Of a stretch of 64,000 bases of DNA, positions 1 through 13,601 are shown piece after piece; the first letter of the stretch is position 1; every line of letters begins with the position of its first letter. Location of the stretch: assembly GCA_030704615.1 (NCBI GenBank), contig CM060734.1, forward strand, positions 19,406,001-19,470,000, given 5' to 3'. Source of the stretch: Takakia lepidozioides (lineage: Eukaryota; Plantae; Bryophyta). A model generated the notes under the pieces. The model was not told the origin of the DNA. It searched no databases and saw only the letters and a program-made list of their open reading frames with translations. The translations under genes were made by a program, and so were the position numbers.

Positions 1-62
1 TATTTGATGCACACACACATTGAAGGTTATTGTTTGCATTTCGCTTATAATGAGTTGTATGG

Positions 63-3000
63 TTGCAAAGACACATTATAATATATGTCCATATGTTCAT
101 TTGTTTGTATCAGGACTTTGTCCATCCCTTCCCGGTCCTTTCTCTTGGCACCCCATCCGAGAACAACCCAAGTACATCTGGCGGGAGCCATGGGCGAGAC
201 GCCACCCCCACGGTACCGGACGATGATGACGATGACAATGACAGTGACAGTGACAACATCAATGAGCATGGAATTAACCAGGAGGATGTGCAAGCCATGG
301 AGGATCTCTTAATGCATCATGTGGGCGCTGATGCATCCTATGGAGAGGGAACCCGACCAATCGATGATCCTAAAATGGCCCCCTCAAATGACATGGAGAA
401 GGAGGCGAGAACTCCCTTGTACGAAGGGGCGAAAGTTAGTCGACTTTCAACAATCTTACTTTTGCTCAATCTTCAAATTCGATTTGGCATAAGTAATGTT
501 GGGATGTCTGCCATAATGCAAACTATTGCAGACTATATCCTTGCTCCACACTTGAAACCCAAGATGCCACAGTCGCGGAAAGAGACGCGCGAAGTCTTGG
601 ACTTTGTGGGGATGGGCTATAAGATTTTTCATGCATGTCCATGTGATAAAACCCTATACTACGGAGAGGATTCGCGTCTCACCAAGTGCCCAAAGTGCAA
701 GAAAGACCGATATCGGGATGATGTCCAAGGGAAAAAAATACCACGCAAGGTATAAGCGCCATTCCCCCTCGCATGGAAATTATTTTCTTTAATCTTCTCA
801 ATGCATGTAACGTGGATTCCACAAAGTTTAGGGTTTAGAGAGTAGTACTCATGCAAGATCTGATTGTGGTTTTGGAAAGAGTGAGTGAGGAGTGGAAGAA
901 GTGACGTTCGGTTTTGACCATTCACGCCCAAATGAGGGTGAGGTTGCATAAAGGGAAAGACATAAGGGTGTTGTATTATGTGTGTTAATGGGATGATTAC
1001 ATGTGGGGGACGTGGGGTATTTCATCCTAGAAAATGCATTATTTTCCGATTATCCCGCGATTGAGGGCACAGTACCGAAGCCCCAAATTGGCCAGACTCA
1101 TGAGATGGCACGCCTCGCATCGGAGCCCCCCGGGAAATGTGTGCGGGCCACAAGATTCACAAGCATGGAGGCATATTGAAGAGATGTGGCCTTTTCTTTT
1201 GGAGGACCCACGACATGTCCATCTCGGCTTCTCTTCGGATGGGGTCAACCCATTCTCTGTCCAGTCATGTAGTCATTCCACTTGGCCGGTGACCATGGTG
1301 AATTACAACATCCCTCCGTATCTTTCAATTAAAAAATGCCATATCATGTTGGCTGCCATTGTGCCAGGTGAGTGTTCTCATTTCATGTTTATTATTGCCT
1401 TGGACTTTATATTAAACTTCTGATCTTTGACGCAATTCGGATGCAAGATTGATGAGTGACATAATCATGGAGTAAGACGTGTAATTCATTTTGTAGTATA
1501 ATTTGCATATTGGTGGAGCATTGAAATAATGATGTGAATATCTCATAGGAAAAAAAACAAGTGACAAACATGGACACGTACTTGCGACCTCTTGTTGATG
1601 AACTTAAGGAGCTATGGAGAGGGGGTCCCGACATTGGATGTTTCACTCGACCCTATGGCCAGACAATCTTTTCAGATGAGAGGCATCTTGCTTTGGACAA
1701 TGCATGATTATCCAGGTATATTATGTTCCCCATGAACAACCCACGTACATTCACTTGTCAATGCCGGATAATATTGATGAGGATTGGGATTGATTGAAGT
1801 AGCGGCGACAATCTTGTGCACCGTAGTGGGGTAGATGGCATTATGGGCCATGCACATGACAACTTTTTGTCTTTGCTAATGTGGCGGGATGTGTAGTACA
1901 GGACTAACTGTTTGCTCGGGGCTAAGCACCAAAGGGTACCATGCATGCTTGCATTGTGGCGATGATCTTAATGCACATAGCTCCCGCCATCTTCACAATA
2001 TGGTGTATCCCAACTACCGCAAATTTCTTCCCATCGATGGAGAAGAAGAGAGAAACACTTGTTTGATGGCAAAGATGAAGTACGCCCCCCCCCCCCCCCA
2101 TGATACCATCCGGGCAGTTTTGGGAGGACCGATGGAAAGAGGCCCATGCGAGCACGGACGGTGAAGTGGACGTGCCCAACATGAAGCGACTTTCAATCTT
2201 CTACGAGTTGCCATATTGGGCGGTACATAAAACACCGTCAATATCCCTATGCATGCATGTGATATTGCACATTTGGTATGCGTTGCATTGTCACTTTCAC
2301 GTCAAAAAATTTGTGCAAGTATTTGTGGGTGGGGATATATGTAGGACCTGAAGATTCGCCATCTTCTAGATCCCATGCATATTGAGAAGAATGTCTGCTC
2401 GTCCCTTTTTTGGGTTCTTCATGGCACGCCGGCAAAGAAGGGAGTGGCTGCAAAAGGAGATTCTCTCGGTGTTAGAAAGGAGCTTTTGGAGCAGGGTCGC
2501 ATGCGCCATCTATGGGCTGAACAAAATGATGTGGACCCAAAAGGTGTTGTACGGTGAAAGTATAGGCGCGCACCTTGGCAATGGACAAAGGAGGAATACA
2601 AGAAAGTGATAGCCACCATGAGTGTTGTCCGAACACCAACTGGTTATGGGTCATCCCTCCGTATGAAGTTCAGCAAAGAAGACGGGGTCCATGGTTTGAA
2701 GTCTCATGACTACCACAATCTATTGCAAGACATCTTGCCCATGCAGTACGTGGGACATTGACTCCCGAGCTTCGTGAGATAATCTATAGATTGGGAGGCA
2801 TTGTTCCGATGGATTTGTTCCAAAGAGTTGGAGGAAGCGGATTCTCCACGCATGAAGAAAGAGGCGGCGGAGGTAATGTGTATGTTGGAGATGCACCTTC
2901 CTCCCTCCTTCTTTGACATCCAAGTGCACTTGATAGTGCACTTAGTGGAAGAGGCTTCGATTGTCGGCCCCGTTCATTCTCGGTGGATGTACTTCCTTGA

Positions 3001-4269
3001 GCATTATATGAAGACTTTGAAAGGATTTGTAAGACAAATGGCGCACCCGGAGGGTAGCATGGTGGAGGGGTATACGTTGCAAGAAGCTATGTTCTATTGC
3101 ACGGAGTACATGGCAAGGGTGGATGAGGAAGCCCCTCGGATGTGGAAGGAAGAGAAGGATGCACGAACCAAGAACATCGTTTTACCCAAAAATCAAAGAG
3201 GGTAAAATTGCCGACCTTGGTGATTGAGCAAGCGCATGACTTCATACTGAAGAACACCCCATCCATACATGAGTGGGAGGCAAGAGACAATAACCTTGTT
3301 TAGCAACGAGAGGAGGAGACGCTTGCATGGAGGCGGAACCAACCAAGGCCGGTTACTAGACGTCCACGACGAGAAGCGGGCCGCCGGAATGTTCCTTCAC
3401 AAAATTTGCCCATGGAATTGCAACCTCTAAGTTCATTCCAACAGTGACTTTGGACTTCAGTTTATGACACCGTTGCTCAAGGAGAGGTGGTTTCAGATCT
3501 GGTGCAAGACATTGCAAGGGGCCCCTCTCAATTCGCGACCTCATACACGGCGGTTTGGGTTCACGGTTGTCATTTCCGCATTCGTGCTCTTGACATGAAG
3601 CGCAAAACAACCTTTGATTCCGGCTTGTGTGCCACATATTGGCAAGACTCCGTGTGGGGCAAGGGAGATACACGACCTGCTGTGAGCAAACTTGAGTACA
3701 TTGGAGAGCTTGAGAGCATACTCCAACTTCAGTATACAAGGTACCGACCTCTTCTCTTCAAAGGAAGGTGGTTCCAACCATATCTTGTGGGGCCCTCCGC
3801 AACACTAGTGCAAGATGATTGTGGTTTCATGCGCGTCAGTGCAGATAGGCTCAACCCTACTCATCATCCCTCTGATGAGCCTTTTTCACGACCTTCAGAC
3901 ATGGAGCAAGTTTTCTTCTCCGATGACAAAACAAGAGGGGGGAATTGGAAGGTGGTTGTGCATGCTCAGCCAAGAGGAAGACGTATCTATCATGGTCTCG
4001 GATCTCCATGGGGTGAGGCAATTGCGGTGGACGGAGAGACTGGTCATAATGATACTGATGATGGAGGTTGGGTAGAGGGGGTAGAAGAGGATGATGACGA
4101 CCCGGAGAATGCATCCCGGACCCTGTATGATGAAGCTCCAGAAGATACGAATGTTGGAGAAGGAGACGAAGACACGGCCATTGACAATGAGGTGGAGGAT
4201 GATTCGGAGGTGCCTTTTGAGGGCCGGGCCATTTATGACGATGACTCCGATGACCAAGAATACTTGTAG
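63..4269 (+). pseudogene. CACTA/En-Spm TnpD-type transposase (Transposase_21 + DUF4218/DUF4216-like), spliced, with stops and frameshifts
   Basis: Ordered motifs across ORF pieces: HACPCD..CPKC (63-755), YFPIIPRL, DSQAW, GFSSDGVNPF, HSTWPVTMVNYNIPP (1034-1368), YLRPLVDELKELW, WTMHDYPG, IFYELPYW, DPMHIEKNV, GLKSHDYH, LPPSFFDIQVHLIVHL, GPVHSRWMY, PEGSMVEGY. GT-AG introns begin near 750, 1368, 1716 and 2223. Confidence 0.93.
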
Positions 4270-4599
4270 CTTGATGAGGACGAAGAAGCTCCAGATGATG
4301 ATGTTCAAGTTGATTAGACACGAAATCAAAACTACATAACAATTCTCGCACTGAACTGTACCCATCCCTTCGATTGATTGTACATGTACATGCATATTGT
4401 AGCTTATTTCTATGATTGATCAAATATGGCTGTGGCTGGTAGTCTTTCAAGAAGAAGACAGAGGCATTAAATATGTTGGAGCAACACATACAGATGTGGT
4501 ATCAAGAGAATTATCAAAATGAATGTCACAATCTACAAGAAGGTCCACAACAACAAGCTAAACCATAAAGAAAAACAAACACCCTACCCCAGTACCATA

Positions 4600-4630
<31 letters not shown>

Positions 4631-4754
4631 GAACCCCCAAAGGCCCTTAACCTAAACCTAGAAAGCCTGGCCATCGCTGCCTGCGACCCCCATGCATCGC
4701 ACGCTGCGACGCGTTTTTAGAATATATGCGGCCGGGGGTTGCAAACAGCGACGT

Positions 4755-7292
4755 TGTAGTGTGAAAAAAAGGGGCATAAATCCCCTTCTGGATAATTCTG
4801 AATTTGTCTCTTCTACTGTAGCAGCAATTTGTTATCCATAAGACCGACCCCTATTCAATTCTCTATGTACTGTTCATAGTTCATGTCATCCACGCCGCAG
4901 CGGAAGGGAAGACATGGATGGGAATAAGAAACCTCTCTTGTCCATAATTCTACACAATCTTAATATAAATGCATCACTAGTAATATTGTTGTAATGTTCT
5001 TAGTGATACAAACAGCTCTATGTCAGAGTTATTGACAGCCTATGTGGCCATCACTCACGCACAGCACATACTAAACCCTTTTTGCTGTGCAATTTTTTTT
5101 TTTCAAACCTTTTCTCTCCCCTTTCAGATACAAGTACCCTAGCTCTGATTATCAACAAATCAGCCTATCTACATGCAATGTAGATGCGCCCAAGCCAGAT
5201 ATCTAGTGAAATCCATCTTGGAAGTTTAACCAGGAACACACAATCATAACCACATCCTACATAAGTCTTTCTCTCATCCCAAACAAACCCCCATTGACTA
5301 TACAGGCATTCCACTAAGCTTCACTTTTGTATTCAGTTTGCAATGAACAGATTGCCTTAAGCTGAATCATCTCTCACTAATAATGCAGATGCACTAAGCA
5401 GTTTGCAGGAAATTAACCATTCATCACTCAACTGTGTGTATGCGGCATATATAAAACCCCCTTAACTATGATAGAATTACAGAAGCATCCCTCATTTGTA
5501 CACTACGATGAAAGACAGCATGCCCCTTTTTTTCTTTGTTTCTACTGACATCAGAGCTCTAATACAACATTGGTACAGATTCAAAGTGTTGAAACCAGAT
5601 AATCAAAAGCAAAACAAGCATCACACATTCAGTAACTGTGGAAGAATCTGCATCAGCCCTCTATCAACATTTCCACAGACATGTGCATCCTCTCACATCC
5701 TCTCACATCCTCTCTACAATCTCCTGGTTTGAAGTCAAACCACCTCCATTCCATTTTTTCAAATGTTATCTCCTCCATCATTCCTGCTTGAGAGCTCCTA
5801 AGTAAAATATTCCTAAGTAAAAAAAGAACCAAACTTTTTCTCACATGGCTGATATATACTTAGAAGCAGGTGGTGGAGTTCCCTGCCCACGTTGGCTCTC
5901 ACATCCTCGTCAGCAGCTGCCTCGGTATCTGCCGCTTGCTGCTACTTCCGGCGCTTCTCCAGAAGCCAGAGTCATTAAATCATGGCGCTTCCCTTAGCAA
6001 ACCATCCGCCAGCAAGCCCTAGTTAATTCATAAACAGTAATGGCACTGCTTACTTCTGTGGCAGCAGCCCAGATAGACAAGTTGCTCCACTATCTACACT
6101 TCATCTTACTACCCTACTACTAATCAATTCACCTTTAAAGCAAAGTTAGGAGATGGTACAGCGAACGCAATCTTTACAAAGCTGCTTCACATGCTTGCTC
6201 ATCCCCTACCTTCATTGCTGCTAATCAAACCCATCTGAAGATATAAACCACAGGTTGATAACAAAATGTAGCAACACCCCAGAGCCCTCCGTTCTGCTCA
6301 ATTCTTCACCCACAGCTTAGATCCTTACCCGCCGCTAAGCCTAACTGCAGTGACTCCTTCTGACACAACACATGTGACCGAGCTGCTTCCCTTCTCGTGC
6401 TTATCTTCCAGTTAATTGCCAAGTGACAAACATAACGTCCATGGTGGCACCGCCTCCCTCTGTATGGCAGCTGCACACATGCCAAGTTGTTGCCTGGCAG
6501 CTTATTCTTTAAGCACCCTGCCCTCTGGAAAACCCGAGTCTTCACTCATGAGCCACCGCCCTCACCATTTCTTCTCATCTGCAGCTGTTCATTATGTCAA
6601 GCTGCTCCTCCACACAAGCTCATCTTCCAGCATTCAATGAAAAGACGAATGGCGGCACCGCAGGACACCACCAGGCAGCAGAATACGCCAAGTTCCTTGG
6701 TATTCCTACCTCTTGCTCATTCCACAGCCCCTCGGCAGAATCCACCAAGCATTTTCCTACTTACGCTCCCTGCTACACACCTCTCCTGCTCGTTCTTCTT
6801 CTTCGCATAGCATCCCGTAGGGCATTCCCCGCCATCGCGCACAGATGAAGCTCATTCATCTCCCGGATGAAAAACACACATGGCCATACGTTCATCCTCA
6901 TGGATGAACCATGTTCATCTTATGGAAGAAAAATCGTAGGTACTTAGGCTATATCCTGGCCGAGCGTTCCCCAATGTTCCCATGATGTTCCCAGAACATG
7001 AATGAACTTCATTCATCCGCTGGATGAAAAATCCACTGTTTCATAGCTTACCTACTTCCATCCAGGCGAAACATCCTTTTCTCAACTCTGTAACCTGGCA
7101 AGTATGGATGTACTCCGCCATCGTTGGGATGATAAATCAAGGATGAAATCTGTCCATTCAATGGATGAAATAATCTCACAGGGATAGCTCAACTTCCTTC
7201 CCACTGGTATCAGAGCCCCTGTCTTGTAGAAATGCAGAATCTGAACAGTAACAACAAAAATTTCAATGTTACTCCCCTGCATTCACACTACA
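4755..7292. mobile_element. Non-coding element with TGTAGTGTGAA...TTCACACTACA termini, copy A (Ginger/GingerRoot-like non-autonomous element or solo LTR)
   Basis: Perfect 11-bp terminal inverted repeat. Flanks ACGT/ACGG give a 4-bp TSD with one mismatch. Ends and interior are homologous to 15535-17715. Confidence 0.8.
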
Positions 7293-7769
7293 ACGGCATG
7301 TCGTCGCAGGATTCGTCCTGTTTTTTTTTTTTTAAAGAATTGGGCAGCCCCTATTTGCGACGTCCGGCCGTCGCCAATGCATTTTGCCATTCATGCCACC
7401 ATGCGATGGCCTGGCGTCGCCAATAAGGGCTGCGATGAAAGAAAAGACAAAAAAGGGCTGCCTTTTTTGCGCTGGCGACGGCCGGCCGTCGCCAGAAAGG
7501 GCTGCCTTCTGCCCTTCGCTAGGGGGCGTCGCACGCTCGGCGCCGCGCGGGGCATGGGGGCGCGGCTGGCGTCACCGCCCCCCCCCCCCCCCCCCCCCCC
7601 CCATTTGCTGTAGTGGTTGTGTTTCCTGCATGCTACTAATCGCTTGGGAATTGGCAATGTAGGACGGGAGGTGTCCCGTCATAGGACGTAAACAAAAAAT
7701 CAATATAATTCGGAACAACATCCTTGTAAACTATTCCATCTCACATATGTACGTACATACTTCCATCTC

Positions 7770-9235
7770 ACACATTAAACCCATCATTTTAAGCAATAAC
7801 AGAGGACTCATTTTCAGAGACTTAGAATGTCCATGCCCACAAATTGATCCACAAGATCTTAGATAACATCGCCATTGTGTTAAATAAAGTCTTGTGTATC
7901 ACATTGTAGGAATGTGCATGCACTCAGAATGAATCTGGCTAATCATCTGGGTAGTTCCTTGCCGGACAAGACTCAAATAAGTATAGTGAAATGGAAGAAC
8001 GGAATATCCCCCGTCAATGAAATTCTGCCAGCACTCACATTTGACCCATCATCAATGAATCAATCTGGGAATTACTCCAAGATTCTGGCTTGCCATACTT
8101 ATCAAGTAAATCACAAGATCTTATATAACATTGCCAATGATACACAAAGTCTTATGGTTTACATGGTAAGTTTGATCATGCACTCTTGAAATCCCCTTAA
8201 TCATTGTGGTTAATCACCTGGGTTATTAATAGTGTTTTGTGTCAGACTGGTCATCTTAAACAGGCAGAAAAGAATGGTCATTACGAGCACGGGAGACCTC
8301 CCGTACCAGAGAGGCGGGATATCTTCCGGGAAAGCAACAACGGGAGGTCTCCCGACATAGTAAAGCCGGGAGATCTCCCGTCAATCCACGTCTGCCAACA
8401 AACACTTTCAACCCATCATCATTTGAAGCAAGGATATAGCATTCAAAGCAGAGACATTCCTGCACGTGCATGGCCATAGTTACAAAGTGATACCCAAGAT
8501 ATTAGATAACATCGCAAGTGTGTTAACTAAATTCTTGTGTATCACTTTGTAAGAATATGGAGGCAACCAGAGAAGTCCTGCAATGAATGTAGCTAATCAC
8601 GTGGGTATCAGTAGTGTTTTTGAAACAGTAGTCTAGCGCGAGGTTCATCTCAAATGATTGTTCAAATGAATGGTCAAAAGGTCGTTCACTGGACTTCTGC
8701 CAAAAACACTTTCAACCCATCATCACTCTTAGCAGTGACAATTCAGGCTTGTGCATGGCTATACTTACATGAAAGCCACGCAAGATTTTAGATTACATCG
8801 CCAGTCTGTAATATAAAGACTTGTGGCGCCCTCTGTAAGTATTTGGCTGCACTCCAAATGTCCCGTCATGAATGTTATGGATCACTTGGGTATCAGTAGC
8901 GTGTCGTGCCAGCCAAGTCCTACTCGAGGTTCATCTTGAAATACTTGAATGGTCAATGGACCGGAAGGGGGAAGGTTTCAATGATCCAAATTCTACGAAC
9001 TAGATACAGTGAAAGACACACATGAACCTGGACAAAAAAGGAAGGGAGGTCTCCCGTAGAAGGAGGTCAAAAAATCGCTTGGAAACTATGGTGACTTCCT
9101 ACGCACACTTTCAACCCATCATCTGAAGCAATATGAGAGCTCTCACAATCTGGGAATTACTTCAAGTTTTCTGTCTGGCCATACTTACCAAGTTAACTAC
9201 AAGATCTTATCCAACATTGCCAGTGTTGCATAAAG
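7770..9235. repeat. Degenerate ~300-bp tandem repeat, about 5 units
   Basis: Recurring blocks 'acccatcat' (~7780, 8045, 8411, 8715, 9114) and 'caagatcttagataacatcgcca'-like (~7852, 8113, 8494, 8781, 9200). Confidence 0.75.
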
Positions 9236-12200
9236 CCCTCCGGACAGAAGGTCTCAACGACCTGGTCGATGGCCGATGATCGGATCTCATTGTTGTAGTA
9301 GCGACTTTGCAGAGGATTTTCAGATTCTTCCACCTCTGTACGTAGCACTCTTGGGATGTATCGATTGTTGGCTGTGATGCTCCTCCGCACGACCTCGTCC
9401 ACATTGTCCCACTCTGTGTCTGCCATCGGAAAAATGAAATGGAAATGAATTACTGGAGTCTCAAAATTCTTTGTCTTGAAAAAAATCTCCCTCTTCGATG
9501 GAATGTAGAAGCTTGTATCTATAAGGAATTTCCCCTTTGTGGATTGAATGTACGCTATCAGCTCACGAGAGCTATCAGTATTGGTGATGACACAGAATAC
9601 ATTGGTCCTGATTTTTCTTGACCTCGTGCCATTGAAGAGGTCGGCGAACTCATTCTCCGTCCAAGGCTCGATCTTGTCTGGACGCTCATTCAATGTGCTG
9701 ATCATGATGAGCGAAACAACTTCAAATGCTTTTGTGGCGAACATTGCCACCGTCCCAATCTCCCGAGCCCTGTTTCCAATCTCGCACACACTGTAAACTC
9801 TATCAAGCGAACCTCGTGGAGTCTCTGCAAGCGATTTCATGGCTTGAATTAAATTCAGAAATTGAAGTGGTTGCTTCTGCTTTCCCGTCGTTGGCTTAAT
9901 TTTCGCGTCAAGGTAGGGGTTCCCGAGAGCATTCTTTAAGTGCACAAACTGGGCCTTGTTGATTTCGTACTTATGTTTGATGGCGGTCCACTCCAACTTT
10001 GTGTATGGATGTCAGTTGTCCTTCGTCGGCTCCTTAAATCCAAAACCGACCATGATATCATCCATAAATGTGCCTCCTCAACTTCTTGTACTTGCAATAA
10101 TCCTCTAGACTCAGAACATCGGGGTCAGGCCCAGTGTATGGATGACGCATCGACACTTTGTTTTTGAGTAACATATGGGCAACCTTCCAAATCTGGCTGT
10201 CGTCCAAACCCTGCAGTCGAGCAACGCTAGATTTTTTGAGCGTTGGCTGCTCTTTCATGGGGATATTCCCTTTGGGGTCAATGAGCTCGCCCTTCTCCCA
10301 TTTCATGAACACTCTTGTCTAGTAATTCCAGATCTGATCGGAGGTGAACACAAGTGGCATTGCCTCTTTGTCGCTTTTCACATCCAGAATGGTTTGAGCT
10401 CCGACCATGAAATCCTGCACATACCAGCAAGTGTAGTTAACTACCACGGGAGGTCTCCCTTGCTAACTTTCACATTCAGCCAACACTTCCGGCTGACTTC
10501 CAGCTAACTCCAGCACTGCAAACACTTCCAGCTAACTTCCTACCAACACCTTCAACTGATGATTTAAACCAACCAAGAGGATGTTGACAATTGGTCACTC
10601 TTTCTGGAGTGTCTCCTACTTTCTATTGCGGTGCTTCTCCATTTCCTCTTTCTGGAGACATTCTCGACCTAGAACAAAGTCAAACCTGTGAACAGCAACC
10701 CTTAAGTAACCAAGAGACAATCACATCATGAAGCATCATCCTTAACTTCAAATCTTGATGGTGCGTGGATCTCGTCCAAATCAAGAATGTCACCAGATTG
10801 GAGAAAGAGAGAAGCACCGCAAAACAAAGCAGAACACATCCCAGATGACCTCAACGGAAGAGAAGGTGTTGGGACAACGAATGTGGTTGCTGGTGTGTGG
10901 GCGATGAAATTGGATTTTGATCGACTATAATGTAGACATCCATTGCATCGCTGCAGTGTAGATGAATGGAAAGAAAGGACGGGAGACCTCCCGTGGTCAC
11001 TCTCACCTTCCACTGCTGAGTCTCGACCCGACGATGCTCATCATACTTCTAGGGCCGCTCCTTGTAATTGTAATATTTTCTGCAGTGACAGACCTTCTCA
11101 TAGAAAGACGGTTTGTAAAGATTCTCCTTGTTCGGCTTGTTCGGAACTTTGGAGATAGTCACCAGTCAAAGCTCATCCATCGAGTACACTATCTTAGCAG
11201 GCCATGTACGTAGCAATTTTATCAGGACATCATTACTCAGTGCCGGATCCTCCAAGAGCTCCTGCAATCATCACAGTTCAGTTGATTAGCATTAGAAGAG
11301 AGACAATCGAAAATGGACAGTGGACAAATACATGGTCAAATAGTAAGTAGAATTTCTCAAAGGTGAGTTAGCACGGGAGACCTCCCCTGACCTGGGCTGC
11401 CATCAATGTATGTTGGCCTCCGATAATAAAATATGTCGCCTTCTGCAGTTCGCGCTCATTGACAGGGCTTCCTGCTCCACACCTTCGTGGGATCGGTCTC
11501 GTGTCGTGGAATCAAATAAACAGACATTTTTTAGTCAATTAGGTTGTACGCAACTAGCTTTGATTCAATCTCCAGCTTGTGCTTCTCACAGAGTGGTCGA
11601 TAAACCATATGCTGTGGGGCCAGAAAACAGTGGTCGATGTCCACTTCTTGGACGTATTCAAATCCAAACAGGAATATATCCTGGTATTGCTCGATGAGAG
11701 TCGTCTCGACCTTCTTCGCCTCATCCAGGTCAAAAATCTCGTCAGTCTTCAGGTGCCTCTTTTCTTGGCTATTCACTATATTGATGGTCTTTCGTCGTTT
11801 TCTTCCCCCCTCTTCTTCGTCATCATCTCCATTTCCTTCTTTTGGCTTTCTTGTTTTTTTCGGTTTCTTCTTCGGGTCCTCCAACTGCTTTTGCTCCGAT
11901 TGGAGTCACTGTACCTCCAATTGCTGTCTCTCGTTGGCATTATTGTAGAGAATTCCGTCAAGGTATTCCCAGCTCTTGAGGATTTCCATCTCTAGGTCGT
12001 CTTCGACAACAGGGACCGTGAATCCCATCCGAATCGCGAATCCCATCAGATCACTACTCAGACTCATGGCATCAACAGAGAACCCAAAAACCTTCTCCCC
12101 TTTCCTGGCGTTCTTGCGGATGAACACAACAAGGGTAACCCTGTTATCCCTCACGGAGTCCTCCGTTTCAATTCCCAACACATCACAACACAGAAGTGTT

Positions 12201-12430
12201 TTCTTTTCCGCACCGATCTAGTAACGGAATATGGCTTTCTCTGGGTTCGGGGAGTGAGCAACGTCGATACCCCAGTAGTCAATACTTCTCTTTAGCTCGT
12301 AGAAGCCATCATGCTTTATTGTGAATCCTTCTATGTGTGGACATATGAAGGAACCGGCAATTTTGGCGCTCATCACTGTTCTGGCAGCACAATCAACAAA
12401 AGAACAACCCGTTAATATAAACATCAAATA
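9193..12430 (-). pseudogene. Degraded multi-exon TE gene: basic linker, ParB/Srx-like domain, helical region, possible degenerate amino-methyltransferase-like C-terminus
   Basis: Reconstructed EVDIDHCFLAPQHMVYRPLCEKH...VYLIP...KP.NERELQKATYFIIGGQHTLMAAQ|GT (11650-11390; one stop, one frameshift). The 267-aa ORF 9193-9996 contains YYNNEIRSSAIDQVVETFCPEG near its end. Confidence 0.6.
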
Positions 12431-12821
12431 ACAACCAACACAACGGTCTTCCCAAACCGTATGGAGCTATACCTCAATTCAGGGACGGGAGATCTCCCGT
12501 GACAAGCAATGAACAATACCACCAATAAGGATAATTCAAGTTCTCATAAACACAGCACATAAACAGCAACATGGAGGTTTCAGAACTTCAATTAGTAGTT
12601 TATAAATCAAAAACCCAGGGTGCTTCAAGTACACCAGAGATGTACTTCAATACACTGACGGGAGACCTCTCGTGATCAACTCACAAAACGCATCCCCACC
12701 TACACTTTCCAAACCCTAAACCTCTAGACACAACCCCACCTACCATCTACAGTTTACTAGAATCTACATCAAGAAATTGCCCTATAGTCACACCACAATG
12801 CATTGGACTATCTAGCCAGTT

Positions 12822-13601
12822 CTAATATGCGTTGCGGATCTCTTCTCTCAGTTTCCCCTGCTTTGGATCCCATCGAGGTATCGTTGGAGAGTATCTAGGA
12901 CTCCAAAAGTTGTTGTCCGAAACCCAATCAGGGAATATCTTGGAGATTTCATCGGTTTCCAATGAGTTCGACGCCTGTGCACCCTGGGAATTTGATCCGG
13001 GAGGATACACATGTGCATCCAGGGCATGCTCTTGTGGAGTGTACAGTCCTGGAGTGTATTCTGGTGAATCTGCTGGTATGTACACTGGGTGGACAACTGC
13101 TGGTATGTAAGTGTACTATGCAGGGGTGTATACTGGTGAATCTGAAGGTACATACGAGTCCTCTAAAGGGGTGTATTCTGGTGAATCTGCTGGTATGTAC
13201 ATTGGGTGGACAGCTGCTGGTATGTAAGTGTCCTCTGAAGGGGTGTACACTGGTGAATCTGCTGGGACATATGTGTCCTCTAAAGGGGTGTATTCTGGTG
13301 AATCTGCTGGTATGTACTAGTCATCTGCAGGGGTGTAGACTGGTGAATTTGTCGGTGAATACGTGTCCTCTGTAGGGGTGTATTCTGGTGAATGTGCTGG
13401 TATGTTCTCTGGGGCGACAACATTTACTTTGCTTCCACTGCAATGGTTTAGCTCGGATACCTTGCCATCATCCTCCACTAATTTCTGGATAGCGGACATC
13501 AACTCCTCATCTTCTAGGTAATGACATCTTGGCCAACGTTTTGGCTGACATCCTGACCAACCCTCAGCGTGTGCAGTGCATGATTCCAGACTCCTTTTCA
13601 A
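12822..13601 (-). pseudogene. Pro/Tyr/Ser-rich repeat ORF with two in-frame stops
   Basis: 45-bp repeat at 13040-13410 encodes Y[IV]PADSP[EV]YTPxED[TS]; also contains YSPTNSPVYTP and YSPT. Confidence 0.6.

Larger units (their letters stand above)
1..7615 (+). mobile_element. CACTA element 1 (left end lies outside the window); right TIR ...CCATTTGCTGTAGTG at 7601-7615
   Basis: The reverse complement of the end reads CACTACAGCAAATGG. Subterminal GCGACG/CGTCGC repeats occur at 4670-4754 and 7293-7575, split by the 4755-7292 insertion. Confidence 0.85.

Noticed and set aside
4754-4761. TTGTAGTG as the right TIR of CACTA element 1, and CACTACAAC at 7286 as a new CACTA start
   Set aside because: Both belong to the termini of the inserted element; its second copy has a perfect 4-bp TSD, and the CACTA subterminal repeats continue to 7615.
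7206-7217. TGGTATCAGAGC, canonical tRNA-iMet primer-binding site
   Set aside because: It lies inside copy A, 75 bp before the end, is not conserved in copy B (TAGCACCAGGGC), and no gag follows.
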